Shown piece after piece: positions 10,815-20,987 of a DNA stretch of 64,000 nt (the stretch's first letter is position 1; each line of letters opens with the position of its first letter). A program made the translations under genes and the position numbers. Source of the stretch: a virus; IMG/VR virus record IMGVR_UViG_3300042335_000796, positions 27,524-91,523 of that record. One strand, 5' to 3'. The notes beneath the pieces are model-generated. The model saw only the letters and a list, made by a program, of their open reading frames with translations, had not been told where the DNA came from and made no database searches.

Positions 10815-11911
10815 TTGACGAAGATAAATATAGTATCAAGATATCCCCAGAAGTTTTAAGTGGTGATATTTTCAAAGTCTGTTATCCAAGTGGATTAACA
10901 TATAATAGCGGATGTACATTTGTATATTCATCAATGACAAATGTTTTATCAGGTGGAACAAATGGGTCATCATTATTAACTGGATTAACAATACCAATTT
11001 TATTTAGACAAGTAGCTATAGATTTAGGATATTATTCAGTTTTTGATGGTGCAATAATTCAAAAAGATGTTGTAACAAATTTTGTATTTTCTGCAGTAAC
11101 GGGATTTCCAAATACTTATTATGTTTATAATACCTCAGATGAATTAATTAATTTTTTAGAATTATCATCATATACTATTGATTGGGGTGATGCTACAGTA
11201 CCAACAGTTTTAACAACTACTTCACCAGATTTCATTTCGCATAATTATTTAAATAGTGGCGACTATACTATAAAATTAATACAAAACACTCCATGGGGTT
11301 TAAATATTGTTGAAAAAAATATAACAGTACCATATACTGGAAATACTATTCAAAACCCAAAAGGCACGGCATATTTTATATCAAATGTTGGTTCCTGGTC
11401 AGCAACACCGATTTCATATGATTTTATTTTTAGTGGGGATTCTGAAAATTTTGTTGATAAACAAACAAGTAATAATTATACAACAACACCATTTATTATA
11501 AGTGGGTTAACAAATTCGAGAATTCAAGAATTGTCACAATATGGTGTTAATAAATTTGTTTTACATAAGCCAATAATTAAGCAGAATAAAGTTTTTGGCG
11601 TTATTAATTCTATAACAACAGAATTTACAGGTTATACGATAGATGGTGTAAACTATTTAGATTTTTCAAATGGTACATCAATATTTATAGCTAATTCATC
11701 TGGTCTTACATCAAATTGGTTAGTTCAAGAACCAATAGTAAAAGATGAAAGTTTGTTAAATATTGTTTCAAATCCTGAAGTTCAATCAGATATTTATGTT
11801 GAACGTGGTAAAAGTAGTGTATTTGAAAATCTGGAAAGATTAGGTGAGATAAATAATTTAGGAAATTTAATTAATTATGGTTATGGTTTTTATAAAATAA
11901 AACCGCAATAA
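10811..11911 (+). CDS. Putative structural protein with a PKD-like domain
   Basis: YTIDWGD...SHNYLNSGDYTIKL matches the PKD signature. Confidence 0.55.
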   Translation: MIDEDKYSIKISPEVLSGDIFKVCYPSGLTYNSGCTFVYSSMTNVLSGGTNGSSLLTGLTIPILFRQVAIDLGYYSVFDGAIIQKDVVTNFVFSAVTGFPNTYYVYNTSDELINFLELSSYTIDWGDATVPTVLTTTSPDFISHNYLNSGDYTIKLIQNTPWGLNIVEKNITVPYTGNTIQNPKGTAYFISNVGSWSATPISYDFIFSGDSENFVDKQTSNNYTTTPFIISGLTNSRIQELSQYGVNKFVLHKPIIKQNKVFGVINSITTEFTGYTIDGVNYLDFSNGTSIFIANSSGLTSNWLVQEPIVKDESLLNIVSNPEVQSDIYVERGKSSVFENLERLGEINNLGNLINYGYGFYKIKPQ

Positions 11912-11934
11912 AACTATTTATAAAAAAATAAGAA

Positions 11935-12843
11935 ATGGCAATAGGAAATTATGGCACAGTACGAAGTGCGGACATGAGTCCAGAAGATGTTGAAATAATA
12001 TTACATTATACACCAAGCAGAGATGCTACAAGCAATTTTGTGCTTAAAACATTAAATGCTGCAAACATATTAAGACCCTATTTTAATAATACAGAAACAG
12101 GTGGTAATCCTGATATTGAAATTTTGGGTGGATTATATAATTTAAGATTACCTGCTGAAGAATTTAATCAGCTTGGAATTTATACATTATATCTTCGTCC
12201 AGCGCAAATACGAACAACAATAACAGATTGTGGTGTATTATCTTCATTACCAAATGTTAAAGGCTTGATTATTGATTTAAATAATATCCCTACACAATTT
12301 AGAAATAAATTTGTGGCACAAGGGCTTGTGGGGTTTAGAGTTGAATACTTAAATAGTGATGGTACAAAAATACCAAATTTTTTCAGAATAATAACTTCAA
12401 ATTTTTTCTGTGAGCCTGTAACACAAAATTTAACAAATACTTCACAAAAAGCTATAAGATACAGATATGTTGATGGTGCAACAAATTTAATTTTTTGTAC
12501 ATTATCACCATCATCATCACCAACTAATAAACCTAATGCGACACCTTTTATTGGTCAACCTGCGCAAAGTATTATTATTACAAATACATTTTTCAATCCT
12601 ATTACTTTAGATATTGAAATGGTTGAATATGATACATCATCACTTGCAATTGCATTGTATGGTAATCAAACTAAATCAATTGATGATGGAATTTACACCA
12701 TTTATGATTCAAATAATAATATTTATAAACAATATAATCTTTATGAAATTAGAGATGAGTTTAATAAATTATTGTTTGAAGTTAAGGAAGACCGTGGTAA
12801 TAATATTGATTTCAGTAAAAACTTTATAAATATTACACAATAA
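11935..12843 (+). CDS. Putative structural protein
   Basis: 302 aa ORF preceded by TATTTATA (11915-11922). Confidence 0.5.
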   Translation: MAIGNYGTVRSADMSPEDVEIILHYTPSRDATSNFVLKTLNAANILRPYFNNTETGGNPDIEILGGLYNLRLPAEEFNQLGIYTLYLRPAQIRTTITDCGVLSSLPNVKGLIIDLNNIPTQFRNKFVAQGLVGFRVEYLNSDGTKIPNFFRIITSNFFCEPVTQNLTNTSQKAIRYRYVDGATNLIFCTLSPSSSPTNKPNATPFIGQPAQSIIITNTFFNPITLDIEMVEYDTSSLAIALYGNQTKSIDDGIYTIYDSNNNIYKQYNLYEIRDEFNKLLFEVKEDRGNNIDFSKNFINITQ

Positions 12844-15809
12844 TGGCTAATAATTTTTTCAGATATCCTCCAAGACCTTCAAGTGGTAATGGTACATTTT
12901 CAGATAATATAGTTGGTTTACAAACTGTTGATGGGGGTGGTTTAACTCAAGGTAATTTTGAGTTTACAACATCTATTACTGAAAAAATTAATCGTGAGTT
13001 TAATACTGGGGTATTTAGTAATCCAATATCATTAAATGATTTAGATTTAAATACTGTTCAAGAGGCGAAAACTATTATTGCTAAAGAATTTAAAGTATAT
13101 CCTAATTATGATTTAAGTGAGGTTACAAAATTTAATTTATATGGGTCATTAACTAAAAGATTATCAGTATCAATACAAAAAATTATTAATTTTTTTCCAG
13201 CATCTTTAGATGTTAGATTAATAAATTCAGACTTTTCAACAGGGTATACTGTAATCAATGTTGTGTATGATTCAATAGAAAATACTACAACATTCAACAT
13301 TGATGTAATAAAATTAAATAACCCATTTGATATTGATTATTCAAAAAATGCTGAACGAAATATTTCTGCAAGAGAATATGTAGTATCACCATTAAGAAAT
13401 TTAACAAAGGAATTTAGGAAATATTCAATTTTTGTTGATGATATTGAATATGATATTTTAATGTTTAGTCCAACTAATTCATTATTTCGTGGTCAATTAG
13501 AAATTATTGTTAGTGGTAATCCGTTTCCTGGTGAATATTTTTCAGTTAAAGACTTTATAATAAAACCTAATACATTTTATACTGAAAAAACATTTACTGA
13601 AGCATTTGATGAAGTTGAAAGATATCTACTTAATAGACTAATAACGCCAAAATATACTGCACAATTTCAAATTCCTAAAGAAACTGATGAAGGTTTAAAT
13701 TATATAAGTTATGAAAACGTTACTTGGCCATTAGAAGGTTCATGGAATTTAGATATAAGAACATTATCTTTTGATAATTATTTAAGTAAGATTAGTACAA
13801 TTGCATCTGATTTAGATACATATCGTACTAATCTAATTTCACGATTTTTAGTAACAGATGCTTTTAAAGAATTTGATACTGATGACCAAAGGGTTTCAAA
13901 AATTCTTAACATTTACGGTAGAAGTTTTGATGAAGTTAAAAAATTCATTGATGCTTTAGCATTTATGAATTCTGTAAATTATACAACTGGAAATGACATA
14001 CCATCACAATTATTAAAAAATTTAGCAGAAACATTAGGTTGGAGTACAAATATATCCCCAATATCAGATAGTAATTTCTTAGATTCAGTTTTTGGGACAA
14101 ATTCACCATCGATGTTTGGTGGATATTCAATCTCAGAAACACCAACAGAAATTAATTATCAATTTTATAAAAATTTAATTCTTAATTCAGCATATCTTTT
14201 TAAATCAAAAGGGACTCGTAAGTCTATAGAAGGTTTATTAAGATTAATTGGTGCACCAGAATCATTGGTAGAATTTAATGAATATATCTATATTGCTGGT
14301 CAACGAATTAATATGTCAGAATTTAACAATCAGTATGCAAGTATTTCTGGAGGGACATATAGTCAAGAGTTACCAGTTTTAGATAATAATTTAACATTTT
14401 CAATATATGGTAAAAAATACTCAGGATTCACATCTGAGGTTATTATATCAGATTCAGATACGTTACAAAGTGATTATCCTGTTGATTCTGAAGGATATCC
14501 AAAGGCTCCTGAAGATACTGAAGATTTTTATTTCCAAAAAGGTGCAGGTTGGTTTGAGTTAGTTAAAACGCATCAGAGTCCACAAGTTATTAACCAAACA
14601 AATAGTGTTTTTACAGGTCAAACTTTTAGTATTCAAACACAATTTGAACCTTTTACATATGGCGAAAAGTATTTAGAAAGATTTAGGAGTTTTCCTAATA
14701 TGACTTTAGGTTTTGATTTAAAAAGAGTTCCTGATAATAAAAAAAGCTGGGGTTATAATGATAATGGTTTAAGAACAAGTTTTGAAGGTAATCAAAATGC
14801 TTATTATTATGTTGGAGATGAAAAATTAGTATTAAATGTTAAGAATGTTGAGTTGTTTTTAAATCCAGCTCAAGGGCTATTATATGATGTTTGGAGTATG
14901 TCAAATAAATATAATTATCCTATACCAAGTTCTGGATTATCTACACCATATCCAACGCCTAATGGTATTGACTGGACATTTATAAATCCCCAACCAAATA
15001 AAAAAACATTTTTTGAATTTGCGCAAACGTTTTGGCAAAAAACTATAAATGTAAGAAATCGTTTTTATACATCTGATGGTAAAACAAGTGGGTATCCTAC
15101 GTTACAATCAATTTATTGGGATTATTTAAATTCTGGGCAAGCAATCAATGTGCCGAATGATAACTTTAATTATCGTACAATGATAGATTATGTTCAAGGG
15201 TTAGGAGATTATTGGGTTAGATTGGTTGAACAGATGATTCCTGCAACAACAATTTGGCAAACAGGAACAAAATTTGAAAACTCAATATTTCATAGACAAA
15301 AATTTGTTTATAGATATCAACGCGGTTGTCAAATTATTCCAGTACCTTGTGAACCATGTATTATTGAAGGTAGTTTATTTCCATATGATTGTGTTTTAGA
15401 GTCAATATCTTGTCCAATTTATCCATGGTTAAATGGAAATCCTTTAGTTAATTCTTTTTCGGATGTTTTATATCAATCTTTAGTTAAATATTTAGCAACA
15501 CAATCAAAATCAATAAATGATTGTTTAACAAATACTTTAATAACTGACTGGTATATTGATTTAAGAATAGATTCAAATATTTTAATTCAACAAAAAATAT
15601 ATACAGGATTTGGTTTAATTGACATACCAACTAATGACTATTGGATAAATCAATTAAATATTTATTTACAGGATTTAGTTTATTCAGGTTATGATTATAT
15701 TATACAAGATAATATCTTAACACTATTTAATTTAGGTTGTGAACCGTTTAACGCCAATAAAAACTTCCAATTAAATATTGGTTTAGATTTTAAAATAACA
15801 TGTAATTAA
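12843..15809 (+). CDS. Baseplate protein with a P2 gpI / T4 gp7-like segment
   Basis: LLKNLAETLGW...YLFKSKGTRKSIEGLLRLIG resembles the KGT motif of gpI/gp7-type wedge proteins. Confidence 0.6.
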   Translation: MANNFFRYPPRPSSGNGTFSDNIVGLQTVDGGGLTQGNFEFTTSITEKINREFNTGVFSNPISLNDLDLNTVQEAKTIIAKEFKVYPNYDLSEVTKFNLYGSLTKRLSVSIQKIINFFPASLDVRLINSDFSTGYTVINVVYDSIENTTTFNIDVIKLNNPFDIDYSKNAERNISAREYVVSPLRNLTKEFRKYSIFVDDIEYDILMFSPTNSLFRGQLEIIVSGNPFPGEYFSVKDFIIKPNTFYTEKTFTEAFDEVERYLLNRLITPKYTAQFQIPKETDEGLNYISYENVTWPLEGSWNLDIRTLSFDNYLSKISTIASDLDTYRTNLISRFLVTDAFKEFDTDDQRVSKILNIYGRSFDEVKKFIDALAFMNSVNYTTGNDIPSQLLKNLAETLGWSTNISPISDSNFLDSVFGTNSPSMFGGYSISETPTEINYQFYKNLILNSAYLFKSKGTRKSIEGLLRLIGAPESLVEFNEYIYIAGQRINMSEFNNQYASISGGTYSQELPVLDNNLTFSIYGKKYSGFTSEVIISDSDTLQSDYPVDSEGYPKAPEDTEDFYFQKGAGWFELVKTHQSPQVINQTNSVFTGQTFSIQTQFEPFTYGEKYLERFRSFPNMTLGFDLKRVPDNKKSWGYNDNGLRTSFEGNQNAYYYVGDEKLVLNVKNVELFLNPAQGLLYDVWSMSNKYNYPIPSSGLSTPYPTPNGIDWTFINPQPNKKTFFEFAQTFWQKTINVRNRFYTSDGKTSGYPTLQSIYWDYLNSGQAINVPNDNFNYRTMIDYVQGLGDYWVRLVEQMIPATTIWQTGTKFENSIFHRQKFVYRYQRGCQIIPVPCEPCIIEGSLFPYDCVLESISCPIYPWLNGNPLVNSFSDVLYQSLVKYLATQSKSINDCLTNTLITDWYIDLRIDSNILIQQKIYTGFGLIDIPTNDYWINQLNIYLQDLVYSGYDYIIQDNILTLFNLGCEPFNANKNFQLNIGLDFKITCN

Positions 15810-17926
15810 TGGCAATATTTTATTCAACATCAATAACTGGAGATTGTCAGAATTTAAGTTCTGGTACAATTATTTTATATCCTTCTGGAGGAACCTCTCC
15901 ATATACTGTGGATTGGTATAATCCAAATTTAGGGGTTGATACTTTGGTTACGACAGGTTCTACAAGAACCTCGTTATCAGCAGGAACATATCAAATTTTA
16001 ATTACTGATTCAACAACACCAATAAATGAATATTTATATGTTAACTTAGTAATATCTTCAGGAGTTTGTACGTCAATAGCAGCATCTAAAGATACAACAT
16101 GTAATGATGAAAATGGTTCAATAACCGCAACAACTGTAAGTTCATATACACCAATTACTTATAATTTATATAGTCAATCTTCAGGAAATTTAATACAATC
16201 ATCAACAACATTTGATTCGTCTTATATTTTCAATAATTTAAGTGCTGATACATATTATATTGATGTATTTGATGGCGGTGGATGTTCAGGAAATACTGGA
16301 ACATGTATAATATCACCATCATCAGCATTTACATGCGGATTATTTATTGTTAACAATTCAGGGTGCGCGGGTACAAATTCTGGAGCATTATATGTTACAG
16401 GTCAAACTGGAACACCACCATATACTTATTTGTGGTCAACAAGTCAAACTACAGAATCAATAAAAAATTTACCAAATGGTAATTATTCAGTTGTTGTTAC
16501 AGATTCTAATGGTTGTTCAGTAACTTTAAGTACAAATATTGAATCAATATTACCGTTAGGTATTATTAACTTTGTTCAAAATCCTCCAACATGTTTTGAT
16601 TCTAATGGGTCAATAACAATAAATGTTTCTGGGGGTACAGCACCATATTATTATCAATTATCAAATGGTTCTGGAATAATTAGTTATTCAAGCTCATATA
16701 CCTTTACAAATTTATCATCAGGTTTATATACCGCAACAATAACTGATGCAGCATTATGTACAACAAGTGGTTCTACAACATTACTTTCACCAGATTCTTT
16801 TTCAGTTGTTGGGGTTGTTGTAACAAACTCAACGTGTTCACAAAATAATGGGGTAATTACAATTAATGTTCTTGGTGGTAATACACCTTATACATATAGT
16901 ATTGATGATACTTTTGGTAATATTATAACATCGGCATCAACATCCCCAACAATACAATTTACAAATTTATCAAGTGGATTTTATGTAGTTAAAATAACAA
17001 ATTCAAGTGCATGTGAATATATTACTACAGTGTATGTTAACAATTCATCAACATTTAATGCTACAGCATCAAAAATAGATACAAGTTGTGGTTTAAATAA
17101 TGGTGAAATTGCGTTAGAAGTTTCAACAAATGGTATATATACATATCAAGTAAATGATAATATAATTTCTAATACAACACAGACAGGTGTTACATTTACA
17201 AATTTAGCATCTGGTTTATATAATGTTTTAATTACAGATTCTTCAGGTTGCACATTTAATACATCAGTTTTAATACTTTCAAGTTCGCCAGTTGAATTCG
17301 GTTTTAATACTGTTGAATGTGGTTCAGGTTCAGAAGGTGCTATAACAGCATTAATTACAAATGGTGTACCGCCTTTCACATTAAATTGGTCATCAAATGT
17401 TGGGGGCCAATCTGGAATTTATGTTACAGGTTTAACTGCTGGCACATATACATTGACAGTAACAGATAATAATAATTGTTCGTTAACAAAATCAACAGAA
17501 ATAACTTGTAAAGAATCAAATGTTACATATGAATTATTTAATATTTGTGAAGGTAATTTTATTCAAACAGAATCTTCTAAAACTGGATTAATTCAATTAT
17601 TAAATCAGGGTTTTGATGATTTAATTGATACTGAAACTGATTGTCGATTACAAAAAGCAGATTTTACAATTATAGTTGAAGTTGGGGTAACTCAATATTC
17701 ATCCACTTTTTATACATCAACATCATTATTAGATGTACCAACTGATGAAGATTATGCCAACACATTGAATAACATATTAATTGGAATAACAGGTATTGGT
17801 GTAGTATTTATTGAACCTTTAACTAATAGTATTAAAATAAACACCGATTGTGAGAAAATTCTTGCAAATAATAAAATTAAAATATCATTAAAAATAACTT
17901 ATGATATTTGTTGTGTAAGTTTATAA
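15809..17926 (+). CDS. SprB-like repeat protein (tail appendage / adhesin)
   Basis: About 7 repeats of C...GSITINVSGGTAPYxY...NLSSGxYxVxITDxxxC. Confidence 0.7.
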   Translation: MAIFYSTSITGDCQNLSSGTIILYPSGGTSPYTVDWYNPNLGVDTLVTTGSTRTSLSAGTYQILITDSTTPINEYLYVNLVISSGVCTSIAASKDTTCNDENGSITATTVSSYTPITYNLYSQSSGNLIQSSTTFDSSYIFNNLSADTYYIDVFDGGGCSGNTGTCIISPSSAFTCGLFIVNNSGCAGTNSGALYVTGQTGTPPYTYLWSTSQTTESIKNLPNGNYSVVVTDSNGCSVTLSTNIESILPLGIINFVQNPPTCFDSNGSITINVSGGTAPYYYQLSNGSGIISYSSSYTFTNLSSGLYTATITDAALCTTSGSTTLLSPDSFSVVGVVVTNSTCSQNNGVITINVLGGNTPYTYSIDDTFGNIITSASTSPTIQFTNLSSGFYVVKITNSSACEYITTVYVNNSSTFNATASKIDTSCGLNNGEIALEVSTNGIYTYQVNDNIISNTTQTGVTFTNLASGLYNVLITDSSGCTFNTSVLILSSSPVEFGFNTVECGSGSEGAITALITNGVPPFTLNWSSNVGGQSGIYVTGLTAGTYTLTVTDNNNCSLTKSTEITCKESNVTYELFNICEGNFIQTESSKTGLIQLLNQGFDDLIDTETDCRLQKADFTIIVEVGVTQYSSTFYTSTSLLDVPTDEDYANTLNNILIGITGIGVVFIEPLTNSIKINTDCEKILANNKIKISLKITYDICCVSL

Positions 17927-17929
17927 AAA

Positions 17930-18148
17930 ATGAGTTCACAAATTATAATTAGCGGAATAACTGGAACATCACCATATAATATATATGTTTGTGATACTCT
18001 CGGAACTAATTGTCAATATATTGGGGTATTTACAACAGTGCCACAGACAATTATTTTGCCATCAACTTTTACATATGCTCCAGCAGTTTTAATTAGAATT
18101 ATTGATTATAATTTATGTGTAATGGAGCAAATTAAAACTTGTACATAA
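17930..18148 (+). CDS. Small single-repeat structural protein, paralog of the next gene
   Basis: GTSPYNIYVCD...CQYI...IRIID; clearly similar to 18163-18384. Confidence 0.6.
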   Translation: MSSQIIISGITGTSPYNIYVCDTLGTNCQYIGVFTTVPQTIILPSTFTYAPAVLIRIIDYNLCVMEQIKTCT

Positions 18149-18162
18149 TATATTTAGAATAA

Positions 18163-18384
18163 ATGGCTAAACAAATAACAATTACAAATATTGTTGGTAC
18201 TGAACCCTATAATATTTATTTATGTGATAATTTATATAATAATTGCATCTATATAGCAACAATATCAAATATTGATATTCCATATAATTTTATTGTTCCT
18301 ACGGCTTTCGAAGCATTATCTACAGTTGGTGTTAAAATAATTGATGCAAATAACTGTGAAATTAAAGACACTATAACAATTTAA
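18163..18384 (+). CDS. Small single-repeat structural protein
   Basis: GTEPYNIYLCD...CIYI...VKIIDANNC. Confidence 0.6.
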   Translation: MAKQITITNIVGTEPYNIYLCDNLYNNCIYIATISNIDIPYNFIVPTAFEALSTVGVKIIDANNCEIKDTITI

Positions 18385-18386
18385 TT

Positions 18387-19643
18387 ATGACAATTTTTGT
18401 TTCGGGATGCTGTGATAATAAAGTATATAAACTTAAATCAGAAACTTCTTTAAATGTTGGTAATGTTATAAGTTTAAATCCTAATAATTATTGCTATACA
18501 GCAATAAATCAACCATCTTTTCAAACATCATTTAGTATTTTAGATGATAGTTTAGGGTTTTCAGTATTAAGTGGTGTAACTGGATGTACAAGTCAATATT
18601 GTTTACCTTGTTCAGGATATACTGGAACATCAACAACTAACGAATGTAATGTAATTACATTATTTAGCCTTGGTGTGGAGTGTGTTTCAGTAAATCCAAC
18701 AATATCAAATCCAAATAGTGGAATTTTGTCTGTTAATGTAACAGGTGGAACAGCCCCATATACAATAATTTGGGAGTCTCCAAGTGGCCAAACTTTTACA
18801 GGTCAAACAATATATAATAAAAGTGAAGGATTTTATAAAGTAACAGTGTATGACAAATGGAAAGATTATGTTGTTGTTACAGGATGTACATTAGCATTAC
18901 CAACAGATTGTGTATTTAGCGGTAGTGTTGTACCATTCTATACGCCAACAGCAACTCCAACACCGACACCTACACCTACACCAACAGCAACACCTACGCC
19001 AACTGTTACGCCAACCCCAACACCTACGCCAACATCTGGGCCAATCCCAACTCCAACAGCGACTTCAACAATAACTTGTACACAATGGTATTATTCAACA
19101 AACTTTGGTGAAGATACGATAAATTATGTTGATTGTGCGGGTGTAACACAAGCTTTAGTAATTTCACAATATGAAAGTGGATTTATTTGTGTTAGAGATG
19201 GTAGTCCAGCACCATATTGGTCAATAAATATACCAGGTAATATTTTAACAGCTCTTGGATACGCTTGTGTACCAGCAACAACAACAACAACAACATTATC
19301 ATTTACGCCAATTATATTATATTCTGCAGTAACAATTAGTGGAACTAAATATGTATTAACAGGTGAGACCAGTGAATTAGCTGTTAAAAATTTATGGAAT
19401 GATATAAATAAAGCCTCAGACCATGGTTATACATTCTATATAACAACAGGATTTGCTACAGGGGTACAATTATATTATTTAGATTTAATGGCATTACAAT
19501 ATTATCCATGGACAGATGGTGGCTATTGGGTTGCTGCACCGACTGTTGGAAATCCAATAGGGTTATTAGTTAATGGTGATAAATATGTTGTAACATTAAA
19601 TTCTGGTAGCGTTGATACCATAACAAATTTTAATAGTATATAA
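18387..19643 (+). CDS. Tail appendage protein with a SprB-like repeat and a Pro/Thr linker
   Basis: VTGGTAPYTIIW repeat and a (TP)n linker. Confidence 0.6.
   Translation: MTIFVSGCCDNKVYKLKSETSLNVGNVISLNPNNYCYTAINQPSFQTSFSILDDSLGFSVLSGVTGCTSQYCLPCSGYTGTSTTNECNVITLFSLGVECVSVNPTISNPNSGILSVNVTGGTAPYTIIWESPSGQTFTGQTIYNKSEGFYKVTVYDKWKDYVVVTGCTLALPTDCVFSGSVVPFYTPTATPTPTPTPTPTATPTPTVTPTPTPTPTSGPIPTPTATSTITCTQWYYSTNFGEDTINYVDCAGVTQALVISQYESGFICVRDGSPAPYWSINIPGNILTALGYACVPATTTTTTLSFTPIILYSAVTISGTKYVLTGETSELAVKNLWNDINKASDHGYTFYITTGFATGVQLYYLDLMALQYYPWTDGGYWVAAPTVGNPIGLLVNGDKYVVTLNSGSVDTITNFNSI
18942..19064 (+). repeat. Pro-Thr low-complexity linker
   Basis: Encodes TPTATPTPTPTPTPTATPTPTVTPTPTPTPTSGPIPTPTAT. 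Confidence 0.9.
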
Positions 19644-20974
19644 TGAATCAATATTATACAATACAAATAACTGGTGGAACACCAATAGGTACTTATAGCA
19701 TATTTTATAATACTATTGGCGTTGGGAATTATGCATTATTATATCCAACATTAAATATCGCATCAGGAATTACTTTATCAGAATTAATTACTGGAACAAC
19801 CATTCAAGTTCCAGAACCAACTAATAAAATATATTTATTCAATGAAAATTGTTCAACATTTCAAGAATTTATTGTATCACCACCAGATGAACAATATCCA
19901 TGTTTATGTTTAACAATTACGGAATTGTCACCACTGAGTACAACTTCATTAGATTTTTGTTATTCAGGGGTTACAACAAATTCTAAACCTGAATATACAA
20001 ATTCAAGTGGATATACAATATATTGGAATACTTTAGGTTATTGGGAATTAAGTGGATATACAATTAATGGTGGGTCAACAGTTTTAAGGTCAACATATTC
20101 AAGTAATATTCCAGATTCTGCTTGGAATGCTTATGGGTTAAATGCATTTAATTATTCAATAAATGTTATACAAGGAGAATGTACATCACAAATTACACCA
20201 ATATTATTGAAGTTAGATTTAAATGTTCCAACATGTGAGGGAATTTCTGATGGTTCAGTTATAGCGTTAGCAACAGGTGGTAGTGGAGGATTTACATATT
20301 CGTTGGATGGAATTTTATATTTAAATAATACAGGAATTTTCACAGGTTTAAGTGGTGGAACATATACAATATATGCTAAAGATTCTATTGGTTCAATATA
20401 TAATCAATCTTTCACAATAAATTCACCAACAATTAATTATATATCTATAGGTGCAAATTCAACAACACAAATCAAATTATATACTCTTGGTAATATGTCG
20501 TATTATTTGGTTAATATAATTTATGATACAAGTACAATACCTTCAGGTACAACTGTTGTTGTTAATTTACAAGAAGTTATTAATTTAACATATAGTGAAC
20601 CTGGACAAGTTCTTTTTGATACGTCATTAATTAAAGTTTTTAAAAATAGTTCACAATTAAGTCTTACAACATCTGGTTCAACAGCGTTATCAATAGCTTC
20701 ACCATTACCATGTAATCCATTATTATTTAATAAGTATGTTGGTAATTCGATATATAATTATAATAATATTAGTTTACAAAAAGGTGATTCATTAATTGTT
20801 GAAGCAATTTACGGAATTGATGTTGATACTAATGGTGGTGTTAGTGGTAGTTGTATAACACAAGCACAAGTAAATGTTGAATCAAACTTAACAATTGTAT
20901 CATATGATTGCACATGTTGTGAAATTAATAACATTTCAATAACAGAAAATGGAATACCAATTATTTATAGTTAA
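19643..20974 (+). CDS. Tail appendage protein with a SprB-like repeat
   Basis: PTCEGISDGSV...ATGGSGGFTYSLDG...FTGLSGGTYTIYAKD. Confidence 0.6.
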   Translation: MNQYYTIQITGGTPIGTYSIFYNTIGVGNYALLYPTLNIASGITLSELITGTTIQVPEPTNKIYLFNENCSTFQEFIVSPPDEQYPCLCLTITELSPLSTTSLDFCYSGVTTNSKPEYTNSSGYTIYWNTLGYWELSGYTINGGSTVLRSTYSSNIPDSAWNAYGLNAFNYSINVIQGECTSQITPILLKLDLNVPTCEGISDGSVIALATGGSGGFTYSLDGILYLNNTGIFTGLSGGTYTIYAKDSIGSIYNQSFTINSPTINYISIGANSTTQIKLYTLGNMSYYLVNIIYDTSTIPSGTTVVVNLQEVINLTYSEPGQVLFDTSLIKVFKNSSQLSLTTSGSTALSIASPLPCNPLLFNKYVGNSIYNYNNISLQKGDSLIVEAIYGIDVDTNGGVSGSCITQAQVNVESNLTIVSYDCTCCEINNISITENGIPIIYS

Positions 20975-20987
20975 ATGAGAAATTAAA

